From NCBI RefSeq assembly GCF_046119375.1, contig NW_027362764.1:604066001-604130000 (forward strand): a stretch of DNA of 64,000 nt, read 5' to 3'. Both the position numbers and the translations under genes were made by a program. The notes beneath the pieces were generated by a model that was not told the origin of the DNA, ran no database searches, and saw only the letters and a program-made list of their open reading frames with translations. Position 1 is the first letter of the stretch; the number at the start of each line of letters is the position of its first letter. Positions 63,489 to 64,000 of the stretch are shown here, one piece after another. This DNA is from Phyllobates terribilis. Lineage: Eukaryota.

Positions 63489-63707
63489 TTTATATATATA
63501 TTTTTTATGATTTTAACACTGATTTGTGTTTTGTATGCGGACTGTATTTGTTGGTAATATGTGGGTAAAATTCTTGCAGTTTTTATTGTTACATAGGAGT
63601 GTGCCCGTCACTGATGGTGATGAGAGGACACTTCTGACAAGGAGATTACTTATGTTAGGGGATTGTTTGTAGGAGAGAAGTGATGGTTCTGGGAATATTT
63701 CTTTGTT

Positions 63708-64000
63708 TTATTATTTATTATTATAGCGCCATTTATTCCATGGTGCTTTACATGTGAAAAAAGGGGTATACATACAAAAACCAATTACAATGATCTTTAA
63801 CAAAACGTGACGGTGACTGGTTCCTTTTGAAGGTTTCCACGGTAGGCAAGAGTCTGATATGTTGGGGTAGAGAGTTCCAGAGTAGGGGGGATGCACGGAC
63901 GAAATCTTGTATGCAATTGTGGGAAGAGGAGACAGAAGTAGAGCAGGAGATCTTGTGAGGATCGGAGGTTGCTTGCAGGTATGTACCGGGAGACTAGGTC
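63708..64000 (-). mobile_element. L2-clade LINE 3' end, continuing off the window
   Basis: Minus-strand frame HNCIQDFVRASPLLWNSLPQHIRLLPTVETFKRN, then GTAAAGCACCATGGAATAAATGGCGCTATAATAATAAATAAT tail. Confidence 0.82.

Overview
Vertebrate, almost certainly anuran (frog), genomic DNA. The species cannot be determined from sequence. The window covers the middle of an alpha-dystrobrevin (dtna) gene on the + strand. I found 17 GT-AG exons, called exons 4-19 using mammalian-style numbering from memory. They encode EF-hand region, ZZ zinc finger, syntrophin-binding sites and coiled coils, with consistent phases and no internal stops. The set includes a 9-nt DTW microexon, cassette exons 11b/12/13 and the 21-nt exon 17b. 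The introns are packed with decayed transposons: four Tc1 copies, many TTAA-flanked T2/Kolobok-like MITEs, piggyBac-like non-autonomous elements, hAT and Tc2-like MITEs, solo LTRs, a V-SINE, and L1, L2 and Penelope fragments, several of them nested. There are also three minisatellites and two N gaps. No intact transposase, CRISPR array or RNA gene was found. Most notable: (1) a hAT element in intron 5 carrying 24 perfect CArG (SRF) boxes, most with an adjacent Ets-like site; (2) a candidate internal first exon in intron 7 that splices in frame to exon 8; (3) an intact exon 11b encoding a third syntrophin-binding site, with signs of duplication from or with exon 13. Protein identifications are by recognition from memory; no database search was run.
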